64,000 bases of DNA from Acidobacteriota bacterium (GTDB lineage Bacteria; Acidobacteriota; UBA6911), in assembly GCA_963664705.1 (NCBI GenBank), contig OY761556.1, forward strand, positions 768,001 to 832,000, written 5' to 3'. The position numbers were made by a program, and so were the translations under genes. Positions 46,487-55,852 of this stretch are shown here, in pieces (the first letter of the stretch is position 1; each line of letters opens with the position of its first letter). Below the pieces are notes generated by a model. It was given only the letters and a program-made list of their open reading frames with translations, was not told where the DNA came from and did not search any database.

Positions 46487-47326
46487 ATGAGTTCCTTTGC
46501 TAAAACGGGAAGCATTCTGCTGGTTGCCTTTCTCCTCAGCACGTCGGCTTCCCTGGTTTCTTATGCACAATCGGGGCCGTTTCCGAACATCATCCAGATG
46601 AATTCCAATGGGGCGTACCTGGGGATTGAGATGGAGGATGTTACTGCGGCAAATCTGGCCAAATTCAAACTGACCAGTGAAAAAGGGGTGATTGTCCGCT
46701 CCGTGGTGAGCGGAACTCCGGCAGAGAAAGCCGGACTTCATGAAGATGATGTCATTCTCGAATATGCCGGGACACCGGTGTGGTCGGCCGCCCAGTTTAC
46801 CCGGCTTGTCCAGGAAACACCGCCGGGGCGCAAGGTGGATCTGGCCGTCAGCAGAGAGGGGAAGCGTATCAGCCTGACAGCTGAAATCAGATCGAGGAAT
46901 GAAGATCGAAGCAGCCGGTCTGAGGACGGCATGCGGAATCTCTTTCGCATGCTTCCAGATGGACGGGCGGAGCGCGGGGATTCCCGAATTATTCTGGAGC
47001 CAAGCGGAAAACCGCGGCTTGGCCTGACCCTACAGCCCTTGAGTGATCAGCTCGCGGAGCATATGGGCGTTCCCGGCAAAAAGGGTGTTCTGGTCGCTTC
47101 CGTTCTGGAGGGATCTCCCAGTGCTGGGAAGGTTCGTGCCGGAGATGTGATTACCGCAGCCGATGGCAAGGATATCGGCCAGCCGGAGGATCTCACCCGG
47201 ATTGTTCGTGATAAAGAAGGAAAAATGAGCCTGAAGCTGATTCGGGATAAAAAGGAATTGACCGTTGAGGTGACGCTGTCGACGATTCCCGCGCCCGGCA
47301 AAGAGGAACGCGGTTTGAAATTATAG
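46487..47326 (+). CDS. Exported two-PDZ-domain protein without a protease domain
   Basis: RBS GGAGG, signal peptide, YLGI..PAEKAGL..DVI and RLGL..SPSA..GDVI. Confidence 0.88.
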   Translation: MSSFAKTGSILLVAFLLSTSASLVSYAQSGPFPNIIQMNSNGAYLGIEMEDVTAANLAKFKLTSEKGVIVRSVVSGTPAEKAGLHEDDVILEYAGTPVWSAAQFTRLVQETPPGRKVDLAVSREGKRISLTAEIRSRNEDRSSRSEDGMRNLFRMLPDGRAERGDSRIILEPSGKPRLGLTLQPLSDQLAEHMGVPGKKGVLVASVLEGSPSAGKVRAGDVITAADGKDIGQPEDLTRIVRDKEGKMSLKLIRDKKELTVEVTLSTIPAPGKEERGLKL

Positions 47327-47338
47327 ACTCGACCCTGA

Positions 47339-47380
47339 CCGTAAAGATTCAAGGCGTGAACCCGCCTTGAATCTTTACGG
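47339..47380. terminator. 18-bp perfect hairpin between the PDZ gene and lexA
   Basis: CCGTAAAGATTCAAGGCG-TGAACC-CGCCTTGAATCTTTACGG. Confidence 0.7.
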
Positions 47381-47393
47381 ATCAAAAAATTCG

Positions 47394-47444
47394 TTGACTT
47401 TCACCTTTTTGCCACCTAGAATCCGTGGTGGAGAAAAGGTGAAA
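47394..47444 (+). promoter_or_regulatory. lexA promoter with candidate operators
   Basis: TTGACT-17-TAGAAT overlapped by CACC-N7-CACC (47402-47416) and GGTG-N7-GGTG (47427-47441). Confidence 0.75.
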
Positions 47445-47446
47445 TC

Positions 47447-48052
47447 ATGAAACTGACTAAACGACAAAGAGAGATTCTCGATTTCCTCTCCGACTTTATC
47501 GACCACAACGGATACTCGCCGAGCATGGAGGAAATTGCGGAGCATTTCCACTTCGCATCCCTCAATGCGGTATTTAAACACCTGGAAGCTCTGGAAAGCC
47601 GTGGGTACCTGCACAGGGATTCCAACCGTGCTCGTTCCATCCAACTCTCCCCATCCGCTCCGGCATCTGTGAGCAATCTTCCTCTCTTTGGTTACATTGC
47701 CGCCGGACAGCCGATTGAGGCTGTCTCTGCTCCGGAGGTTTTACAGGTTCCCGAATACCTTTTGCCAGGACGTGGGGATTATTACATCCTGCGTGTAAAA
47801 GGCGAATCGATGATTGAGGAACATATTCAGGATGGAGATTACGTTGTGATTGAATCCCGGCAGACGGCTGCGCCGGGTGATACCGTCGTAGCTCTGGTCG
47901 ATAATGAGAATGTCACTCTAAAGAAGTATTTTCCGGAAGGCGGTCGGATTCGCCTGCAGCCTGCCAATCAGTCTCTTGAACCGATCATACTGGACGGTGC
48001 GAGGGTAAAAATTCAGGGTGTTGTTGTTAGCGTGATGCGTAAATACGATTAG
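47447..48052 (+). CDS. lexA: LexA repressor
   Basis: LTKRQREIL, YSPSMEEI, IAAG cleavage site, GESMI Ser, TLKK Lys. Confidence 0.96.
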   Translation: MKLTKRQREILDFLSDFIDHNGYSPSMEEIAEHFHFASLNAVFKHLEALESRGYLHRDSNRARSIQLSPSAPASVSNLPLFGYIAAGQPIEAVSAPEVLQVPEYLLPGRGDYYILRVKGESMIEEHIQDGDYVVIESRQTAAPGDTVVALVDNENVTLKKYFPEGGRIRLQPANQSLEPIILDGARVKIQGVVVSVMRKYD

Positions 48053-48063
48053 GAGAGGGAATC

Positions 48064-48249
48064 ATGGGCAAAATTTACTACGTGAACATCAAGGGACGAA
48101 CGTTGGAAAGCAGGAATCTCAAGGAACTGCTGGCCCGTGCAGTTTCCACAAAGCGGAATATGGATCAAAAGTATCGTATGCAGGTTTGTTCTGGAGCGTC
48201 GGCTTTTGCGGCGAACAGCGGAACCGCCTGCGTCGGCTCCTGCTCCTGA
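48064..48249 (+). CDS. Small hypothetical protein downstream of lexA
   Basis: Strong RBS GGAGAGGG; starts 11 nt after the lexA stop; 61 aa. Confidence 0.65.
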   Translation: MGKIYYVNIKGRTLESRNLKELLARAVSTKRNMDQKYRMQVCSGASAFAANSGTACVGSCS

Positions 48250-48665
48250 TCCGCTGTCCGCAACCGGAATAGTGCAAACGCTGCAGGCTGTATGGAGCAA
48301 TCGCTTCCGCAATTGACTGATGCGCGATTCTTTATCGTGCGGAGTAGCGCGCTTCGGGTCGGAAACCTCTTGGCGAAAATTTTTTTTAGTTCGGAAACTT
48401 TCCGTCAATGCTTTGCGGGAGCTCTAATCCGGGCCTGCACATTCTTTATGCAAAGAGGTAACAACTATCTATTTTGCAATCATTTGTTCCTGTTAAAAAC
48501 TCTGCTTTCGCCCGGTTTTCCACAATTTCTGTGAAAAACTCGGAGTCGGTTTTCCGCAAAAATTTGTAGCGTGCCGCTCTCCAGGGGGCGGTGTATAATG
48601 CGCCTTCCAAATTGAGGGATGTTCCTTCAATTGCTTTTATCCGATCAAGGTGCAGGTAGGGAACT

Positions 48666-49286
48666 ATGTCGAAGCTTTTTAAGAAGGATGAGAAGTTCTT
48701 CAAGATATTTGGACAGATGACGGTGCATATCCTGGAGGCCGCAGAGATACTTGGAAACATGCTGCGGAATCCGGCCGAGGTGGATTTGGCATCGCTTGCA
48801 TCAAAGATCAAGGATTTGGAGCATAAAGGGGATGAACTGACGCATCGTGTTATCGATGAACTGAATAAAACGTTCATTACTCCGATTGATCGTGAAGATA
48901 TCCATGATCTAAGCGCAGCCTTGGATGATGTCCTTGACCTGATTGACGGGATTGCCACCCGGATTGTCCTTTTTCGTATCAAGGAACCGATTCGTTCCGT
49001 GCCGGAGATGTGTTCTGTGCTTTTAAGCCAGACCATGGAGATTGGAGCCGCCGTATCCAACCTGCAGGATAATGATCATGTAGTGGAGCGCTGCATTGAG
49101 ATAAACAGGCTCGAAAATGATGCCGATCGCCTATTCCAGTCTGCGATTGCTGCGCTATTTGATGAAGTGAAGGATCCCATTGAGGTGATCAAGCGGAAAG
49201 AAATCATCGAGACGCTCGAGGCTGCAACGGACAAGGCAGAAGATGTTGCCAATGTTCTCGAGTCCATCATTGTTAAAAATACATAA
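48666..49286 (+). CDS. DUF47 (PhoU-like phosphate transport regulator)
   Basis: EHKGD, TFITPIDREDI, LENDAD, TDKAEDVA. Confidence 0.9.
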   Translation: MSKLFKKDEKFFKIFGQMTVHILEAAEILGNMLRNPAEVDLASLASKIKDLEHKGDELTHRVIDELNKTFITPIDREDIHDLSAALDDVLDLIDGIATRIVLFRIKEPIRSVPEMCSVLLSQTMEIGAAVSNLQDNDHVVERCIEINRLENDADRLFQSAIAALFDEVKDPIEVIKRKEIIETLEAATDKAEDVANVLESIIVKNT

Positions 49287-49296
49287 GGATGCCCAG

Positions 49297-49335
49297 GCCA
49301 CGAATTTCACGCTGGAGTTTTGTGAAATTCGTGGC
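49297..49335. terminator. 14-bp hairpin between convergent genes
   Basis: GCCACGAATTTCAC ... GTGAAATTCGTGGC. Confidence 0.65.
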
Positions 49336-49342
49336 TATTCCC

Positions 49343-50296
49343 TTACGCACCCAGGTGCGCTGCCAGGCTTTCTCCAATTCCAATCAACAGGTCTGAGTTT
49401 TCCACACTGCGGATAAGGTGTTTGTCGACGGCGTGCACGCCGGCCAGGGTGCCGACAAAACTGCCTGTCAGCGCTCCTATTGAGTCGGAAGCGTCTCCCG
49501 CGTTTACGGCTGGAAGAACAGCACCGGCAAAGCTCCGGGGATGCTTCAAAAAACAATAGATGGCCGCCGGTATCGCTTCGATTGCATCGGAGCTTGTTCC
49601 GATTTCAAACAAGGCTTCTTCAGGCGGCAGGTGAGTGATCTGGGTCGACCAGCGCATCATGGCTGCCAGATCTTCATCCAGATGCGAGATATGATCCGCG
49701 GCTTCCAAAACCTGATCTGCCGGCCGGGAGCGTTCATCTGATTTGAGCAATCTCGCAATGAGGTAGGCGATGCCGACAGCCGCCGCCTTGGCCCGAGGTT
49801 CGTTGTGCGTAATGGTACAGTTGTCCAAGGCGGCACGAGTCAATTCCTCAGGGCAGTGGCTGAAATAGATGCCGATTGGAATCATTCGCATGGCTGCAGT
49901 GCAGCCGCTGCTGAAGACTCCGCTTTTGGTCCAGGGACGTCCGGTTTCCAGGTGCTTGCATGCGCGCAGATTTGCGGTTGAAGGAGTTCGATGCGGGAGC
50001 GTGTTCTGGTACCAGGAAAGCAATGCGTCCGCCTGTCGTGCTGGATCCATTCTCCTGCATTCGATCAGGCATTCCGCAGTCGTAAGCATTGTCTGGGTGT
50101 TATCAGTATAGGAACCCTCGGCCAGGAAATCACTCGCGTGCCCGGTGTGGGCTTTCACAAAGCTCGAGATCGGCTTGCCATAGTAGCGCCGTATTTGTTC
50201 CCGGCTGAGAAACTCCGCAGGCATTCCCAGTGCATCCCCCACAGCGAATCCCATCACAGCACCCACGCATCGATTTCTAAGTTCCTTGAGATCCAT
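49343..50296 (-). CDS. ADP-ribosylglycohydrolase family protein (degenerate motifs)
   Basis: GFAVGDALGMPAEF, YTDNT, AAMRMIP, ITH, GDASDSIG. Confidence 0.85.
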   Translation of the reverse strand: MDLKELRNRCVGAVMGFAVGDALGMPAEFLSREQIRRYYGKPISSFVKAHTGHASDFLAEGSYTDNTQTMLTTAECLIECRRMDPARQADALLSWYQNTLPHRTPSTANLRACKHLETGRPWTKSGVFSSGCTAAMRMIPIGIYFSHCPEELTRAALDNCTITHNEPRAKAAAVGIAYLIARLLKSDERSRPADQVLEAADHISHLDEDLAAMMRWSTQITHLPPEEALFEIGTSSDAIEAIPAAIYCFLKHPRSFAGAVLPAVNAGDASDSIGALTGSFVGTLAGVHAVDKHLIRSVENSDLLIGIGESLAAHLGA

Positions 50297-50339
50297 GGGT
50301 AGCTTCCTCTTGAGAAAATTATAGCACGGGACAAATTGA

Positions 50340-50374
50340 GATTTACGATTGTCGATAGACGATTTACGATGAGA
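50340..50374. repeat. Heptamer array (GATTTAC)
   Basis: GATTTAC GATTGTC GATAGAC GATTTAC GATGAGA. Confidence 0.65.
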
Positions 50375-50422
50375 CTTCGAGCTGAGTGTTCGTCGATAAA
50401 CCGTCAATGGATGGAGGGTTGG

Positions 50423-52210
50423 ATGCAACTTTCATTGGTAGACTGGCTTGCCATCGCTGCCTATTTTCTATTTAACATGCTCATAGGCCTGTACTACCGG
50501 AAGCGCGCTACTGCGAGCACCGAGGACTATTTCGTTGGTGGCCGCAAGGTATCCTGGTGGCTGGCGGGGACATCGATGGTGGCCACGACCTTTGCCGCAG
50601 ACACTCCCCTGGCGGTGACTGGCTTCGTGGCCGCAAATGGGATAGCCGGGAATTGGGTCTGGTGGAACATGCTGATGAGCGGCATGCTCACGGTCTTTTT
50701 CTACGCCCGTCTCTGGCGGCGGGCGGGCGTTCTAACCGATGTGGAGTTTGCGGAGATACGATACAGCGGCCGGCCGGCAGCATTTTTGCGTGGATTTCGA
50801 GCCGTGTACCTGGGTCTGCCGGTCAACTGTATCATCATGGGTTGGGTAAACCTGGCGATGGTCAAGATCCTGATGATGATTTTTGGCGTGACGAAAATAC
50901 AGGCACTCCTGATCGTATTCGGCATCATGCTGCTGACCGCGATGATATCCACTCTGTCCGGTATCTGGGGTGTTCTTGTGACAGACCTTTTCCAGTTTGT
51001 TCTCAAGATGGGAATGATGCTTGTTCTGGCCTATTTTGCCGTTCATGCGGTCGGCGGCATGGAGTCGTTGAAATCGAAACTCCTCGGTCTGGATGCGGCA
51101 AAAGCAGCTGCAACCGGCGGTCATGGATCCATACTTTCCTTTACACCGGATATCGGTTCTGTATGGATGCCGATGCTGACATTTATCGTGTATCTGGCGG
51201 TCAATTGGTGGGCGACCTGGTATCCGGGGGCGGAACCGGGCGGCGGCGGATACATCGCACAACGCATTCTATGCGCCAAAGATGAGAAGCATTCCATGCT
51301 CGCAACTCTCTGGTTTAATATCGCGCATTATGCCATTCGGCCGTGGCCCTGGATTTTGACTGCATTGTGTTCACTCGTTCTGTATCCGACACTCGTGGAC
51401 AAGGAAAGCGGGTTCATCAAGGTCATTGTCGATCCGCAGGTGTTTCCCCCGGCTTTGCGCGGACTCATGATCGCCGCCTTCGCAGCCGCGTATATGTCCA
51501 CCATCGGCACGCAACTGAATTGGGGTGCCTCCTACCTGGTGAATGATTTTTACCGACGGTTTCTGGTGCGAAACCACGCGGAACGGCATTACGTATTTGT
51601 TTCACAGGCTGCCACGGTTTTGATCATGTTCGCATCCTGCTTCGTAACCTATTACCAGGATTCCATTGCGGGCGCCTGGAAGTTTCTGCTGGCAATCGGA
51701 GCAGGGACCGGCAGCGTTTTTATCCTCCGCTGGTTCTGGTGGCGCATCAATGCCTGGAGCGAGGTTTTTGCAATGGCGGCGTCCTTCTGCGTGTCGATGA
51801 TTCTCCAGTTGTACTTCAAATTGAACAATGATGATCCACTGCAGTTTGCCTGGATTGTGATCATCACGGTCCTGTGTTCAACCGTGATATGGCTGGCCGC
51901 GACGTACCTGACCTCTCCAGAGAGGGAAGACATATTGCTCGCCTTCTACCGACGCGTGCGACCCAGCGCGCTGCTGTGGCAACCGATTGCACGCAAGGCT
52001 TCCGATATCACTCCTCCGCGCGATGGCGCCTTCAATCTGCTGGACTGGGCATGCGGATGTATTCTCGTGTATATGAGCCTGTTCGGGGTCGGTAAAATCA
52101 TCTTCGGTCAGGTTGGCACCGGGGTTGTGTTTCTCATGATTGCAGGAATTGCCGGCTGGATCATTTATCGTGACCTGAGCCGCCGTGGATGGAAATCGGT
52201 GATTGAATAG
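50423..52210 (+). CDS. Sodium:solute symporter (SSS) family
   Basis: DYFVGGR, SMVATTFAADTPL, GYIAQR, AAYMST; many TM segments. Confidence 0.93.
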   Translation: MQLSLVDWLAIAAYFLFNMLIGLYYRKRATASTEDYFVGGRKVSWWLAGTSMVATTFAADTPLAVTGFVAANGIAGNWVWWNMLMSGMLTVFFYARLWRRAGVLTDVEFAEIRYSGRPAAFLRGFRAVYLGLPVNCIIMGWVNLAMVKILMMIFGVTKIQALLIVFGIMLLTAMISTLSGIWGVLVTDLFQFVLKMGMMLVLAYFAVHAVGGMESLKSKLLGLDAAKAAATGGHGSILSFTPDIGSVWMPMLTFIVYLAVNWWATWYPGAEPGGGGYIAQRILCAKDEKHSMLATLWFNIAHYAIRPWPWILTALCSLVLYPTLVDKESGFIKVIVDPQVFPPALRGLMIAAFAAAYMSTIGTQLNWGASYLVNDFYRRFLVRNHAERHYVFVSQAATVLIMFASCFVTYYQDSIAGAWKFLLAIGAGTGSVFILRWFWWRINAWSEVFAMAASFCVSMILQLYFKLNNDDPLQFAWIVIITVLCSTVIWLAATYLTSPEREDILLAFYRRVRPSALLWQPIARKASDITPPRDGAFNLLDWACGCILVYMSLFGVGKIIFGQVGTGVVFLMIAGIAGWIIYRDLSRRGWKSVIE

Positions 52211-52216
52211 TCGCCG

Positions 52217-52244
52217 GACTTCCGCCTCCGGACTTCTGACTTCT
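52217..52244. repeat. Heptamer array (GACTTCT)
   Basis: GACTTCC GCCTCCG GACTTCT GACTTCT; reverse complement of the 25482 unit. Confidence 0.6.
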
Positions 52245-52302
52245 ATCTTTTGTATTAGGCTTTTTGATGTATAATCCCTATTCCCTCACGCTTGGTTAAG
52301 GA

Positions 52303-53556
52303 TTGATGAGATCTTTTGCTTGGTTGCGCGCTTCTATCCGGTTGTGCCTGGGATTACTTTGCAGCCTTGCCTGTCTGCATGCAGGGGATAGTGTGCCGCG
52401 CGTACTTAATGGCATCGACGTCCTGCGCGAGAGTGGTTTTCAACCCCTTGCCGGGAAGCGAGTCGGTCTCATTACCAACCATACGGGGCTGGCGGCGGAC
52501 GGGACCTCCACAATAGATCTTCTTTATCGATCAGGGACGTGTAAGCTGGTCTTTCTGCTCAGCCCGGAGCATGGAATCCGTGGTACCATGGATAGCAAAG
52601 TGGATTCATCGGTTGATGAATCCACCTCGCTTCCAGTTTATAGCCTGTACGGAGAAACCAGGCGGCCCAGCGCCGAATTGCTTCAAAAAATTGATGCGCT
52701 TGTTTTCGACATCCAGGATATCGGCGCTCGCTTTTATACCTATATAACGACCATGGCCTACTGCATGGAGGCGGCGGCAAAGGCAAAGATAGCTTTTTAT
52801 GTCCTGGATCGGCCCAATCCTATCGGCGGCGTCCGCGTTGAAGGTCCAATCCTGGATGGAGACAGAACGTCCTTTACCGGATACATGCCGTTGCCGGTGC
52901 GGCATGGAATGACCGTGGGCGAACTGGCCCGCTATTTTAACGCGGAAAAGAGGCTTGGGGCGGAGTTGCATGTAATCGAGATGAAGGGCTGGCTCCGTCC
53001 ATATTATCTATGGGATACGGGACAGGTTTGGGTGAACCCTTCCCCCAATATGCGCAGTATGGCAGCCGCCGTGCTGTATCCCGGGGTATGCCTGTTGGAA
53101 TCGAGCAATATATCGGTAGGGCGGGGGACTGATCGGCCCTTTGAACTCCTGGGGGCGCCGTGGATTGAGCCCAGACATCTTGCTGCGGAGCTTAGAAAAG
53201 CGGGTGTTCCAGGCATCAAGGCCGTGCCCGTGTTTTTTACGCCGAGCACGGATCGATATCAGGGGAAGAAATGTGGCGGCCTGAGCCTGTCCGTTACCAA
53301 TATCGAGAAATTCGATTCGGTTTTGCTGGGGCTTTCGCTGATCGCCATTTTGCACCGCCTTTATCCCGACGAATTCGAAATCGGCAAAGTGATGGATCTG
53401 CTGGGAAATGCCAATGCGATGAAACAGCTGCAGGCGGGTAATTCTGTTCAGAAGGTGATTCAGAGCGGCAGCCAGAGGATGACGGAATTTCTTTCAAAGC
53501 GCCAAAAAGTTCTTATCTATGATGTGGTTCCCCGACACAAAAAAGAGAGGCAATAA
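52303..53556 (+). CDS. namZ: Exo-beta-N-acetylmuramidase NamZ (DUF1343)
   Basis: Signal peptide, PEHG, FDIQDIGARFYTY, LDRPNP, PSPNM, GRGT. Confidence 0.9.
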   Translation: MMRSFAWLRASIRLCLGLLCSLACLHAGDSVPRVLNGIDVLRESGFQPLAGKRVGLITNHTGLAADGTSTIDLLYRSGTCKLVFLLSPEHGIRGTMDSKVDSSVDESTSLPVYSLYGETRRPSAELLQKIDALVFDIQDIGARFYTYITTMAYCMEAAAKAKIAFYVLDRPNPIGGVRVEGPILDGDRTSFTGYMPLPVRHGMTVGELARYFNAEKRLGAELHVIEMKGWLRPYYLWDTGQVWVNPSPNMRSMAAAVLYPGVCLLESSNISVGRGTDRPFELLGAPWIEPRHLAAELRKAGVPGIKAVPVFFTPSTDRYQGKKCGGLSLSVTNIEKFDSVLLGLSLIAILHRLYPDEFEIGKVMDLLGNANAMKQLQAGNSVQKVIQSGSQRMTEFLSKRQKVLIYDVVPRHKKERQ

Positions 53557-54431
53557 TGGCTTCGACGGTTCGAAGAAAGAAAAGGAAGGACGAAATTAAG
53601 GTAACGATTGCTCCCTTTCGTAGCCTGGCGGATTACAAGGCCTGTGAGGATATTCAGCGGGAAGTCTGGCACTTCCAGGATATTGACATTATTCCGGTGC
53701 CGCTTCTGCTGGCCGCGAACCGCACCGGCGGTACGCTCATCGGAGCCTATAACAATCTTGGCGATCTTATCGGCTTTGCCTTCAGCCTGCTTGGGTCAAT
53801 GGACGGAAATCTTCTACACTATTCCCACATGCTGGCGGTTCGAGTTGCCTATAGGAACTTTGATGTCGGGTACAAGCTGAAAATCGCGCAGCGAAAAGAA
53901 GTCCTTCGCCGCAAGATATCGCTGGTCTCCTCTACCTTCGATCCGATGCAGCCGCTGAACGCCTATTTCACGCTGGGTAAGCTGGGGGCGTGGACCAATA
54001 CTTACGAAGAAGATTTTTATGGGGAAACCACCAGTGCTTCAGATCGAGGGCTCCCCACTGACCGAATGCTTGCCATTTGGGATCTTGACAGTAACCAGGT
54101 CGCCGAGAGACTCGAGTCCGGCCCTGCCCGCCGCGACATTCGAAAAGAGCTGAAGCAAAAGACGGTTATCAATACGTTGATCGAAGTTGCGCCGGGGCTG
54201 ATGCATTCGTCTCCTTTAAAGCTGAATTGCGCTGCCGACCGCTTTCTTTTCGAAGTTCCCTATAATCTTCCGGAAATCAAAAATCGAGACCTTGGAATGG
54301 CTCTCGAGTGGCAGGGGAAGATGCGCCAGGTATTCAAGAGTTATTTTAAAAAGGGATATGCGGCTACCGATTTCTGGGTGTCCGAGCAGGATGGGCATCT
54401 GCGCTCATTCTATCTTCTCGAAAAGCTGTAA
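53556..54431 (+). CDS. GNAT-superfamily acyltransferase (COG3375-like)
   Basis: HYSHMLAV, GYKLK, TFDPMQ..NAYF..KLG, TDR; TAATG coupling to namZ. Confidence 0.8.
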   Translation: MASTVRRKKRKDEIKVTIAPFRSLADYKACEDIQREVWHFQDIDIIPVPLLLAANRTGGTLIGAYNNLGDLIGFAFSLLGSMDGNLLHYSHMLAVRVAYRNFDVGYKLKIAQRKEVLRRKISLVSSTFDPMQPLNAYFTLGKLGAWTNTYEEDFYGETTSASDRGLPTDRMLAIWDLDSNQVAERLESGPARRDIRKELKQKTVINTLIEVAPGLMHSSPLKLNCAADRFLFEVPYNLPEIKNRDLGMALEWQGKMRQVFKSYFKKGYAATDFWVSEQDGHLRSFYLLEKL

Positions 54432-54697
54432 CGGAGCTATTTAGCTGCAGCAGGTTTCCGTGCCTAATCTGCGGGCTGCAACCTGCTGCAGTGCATGATG
54501 CGACCCCTCGTGTATTGACAGACAAGCAACCCCATCCTCATTGAAACCCGCCGGGAGCGCCTCTTCATATCCGGTGATTAGTGGCGGAATGGACCAATGC
54601 CCAACCAAATGCATCATAGGATGACCTCGAGTCGATTGGCCAAGCGGAAAGGCAGTTTTCGTGAAATAATAGCGAAGTTTCTCTTGAGGGGAGATCT

Positions 54698-55531
54698 ATG
54701 AATCTCGAAGAACTAACCAATCAGTATGATTTTAAGGGTCGCGTTGTTGTGGTTACCGGAGGTGCCGGCATCTTGTGTGGAGAGATGGCCTGCGCATTGG
54801 TTGGATGCAATGCAAAGGTGGCGATTATTGATCACGCGCCGGAGCGGGCGGAACGTCTGGCTGCGCAACTGAATGTTCTGAAAGATCAATGCATCGTGGT
54901 GGCTGGTGATGTGCTGCAAAGGCAATCCCTGGAACTGGCTGCGCAAAAAATTATGGATTTGTGGGGCAGAGTGGATTGCCTGATTAATGGAGCCGGCGGG
55001 AACAATCCCGGTGCAACGACGGGTGTCGACAGGACATTTTTCGATTTGCCGGAGGAATCACTCCGATTTGTCACAGATCTCAATCTCATGGGAACAGTGA
55101 TCTCCTGCCAGGTTTTTGGCAAGACGATGGTTGGGCAAAAGGAGGGTGTGATTCTAAATGTATCCTCCATGAATGCATTTCGCCCGCTGACGCGCATCCC
55201 GGCTTATTCGGCTGCAAAAGCCGCCGTGTCGAATTTTACTCAATGGCTTGCCGTATACATGGCACAGGAATATTCGCCGGATATCCGTGTGAATGCCGTC
55301 GCCCCCGGGTTTTTCCTGACCGAGCAGAATCGCTTCCTGCTGACCGATAAGGACACGGGGAAAATGACACCTCGAGGTGAACAGATATTGGCCCACACTC
55401 CAATGAGACGTTTTGGATCGCCCGAAGACTTGCTGGGCGGTGTGTTGTGGCTTCTGTCTCCAATGTCCCGGTTTGTAACAGGAATCGTGTTGCCGGTTGA
55501 TGGTGGATTTTCTGCATATTCCGGGATTTGA
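54698..55531 (+). CDS. SDR oxidoreductase (D-mannonate oxidoreductase-like)
   Basis: TGGAGILC, NGAGGN, PLTRIPAYSAAK, PGFFLTEQNR. Confidence 0.88.
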   Translation: MNLEELTNQYDFKGRVVVVTGGAGILCGEMACALVGCNAKVAIIDHAPERAERLAAQLNVLKDQCIVVAGDVLQRQSLELAAQKIMDLWGRVDCLINGAGGNNPGATTGVDRTFFDLPEESLRFVTDLNLMGTVISCQVFGKTMVGQKEGVILNVSSMNAFRPLTRIPAYSAAKAAVSNFTQWLAVYMAQEYSPDIRVNAVAPGFFLTEQNRFLLTDKDTGKMTPRGEQILAHTPMRRFGSPEDLLGGVLWLLSPMSRFVTGIVLPVDGGFSAYSGI

Positions 55532-55852
55532 GGCGGCTGCAAAGACTTTTGCCGCGAATTGCACGGATTTTGCTCGCGCGGTCAAGCCGGATTAGCCAAC
55601 AGTATCCACCACGTTAGATTCGCGCTTCTTTCAATTGAATTGGCGTTCAAAAGAATAGGAAAACAGCTTTGGCCCGCCGCCACAAGGCCGGTCGATTCAG
55701 TTATGGTCCCGGAATGAAGGGGAGCGAACCGAGCCGTAACGGAGGAATCATAACTGAATCGAATTCCGATAAATCAAAATTGAATTTACAAAAAGGAAGT
55801 CGCAGCCCCTACATTCCCTGCATTGAAGATGACACATGCCGCCTCATCCGTC

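Noticed and set aside
48247-48534. Sec read-through of the small ORF after lexA (CS-TGA, frame open to 48534)
   Set aside because: The nearby hairpin loop (CAAC) lacks the SECIS G, and the downstream translation looks non-coding.
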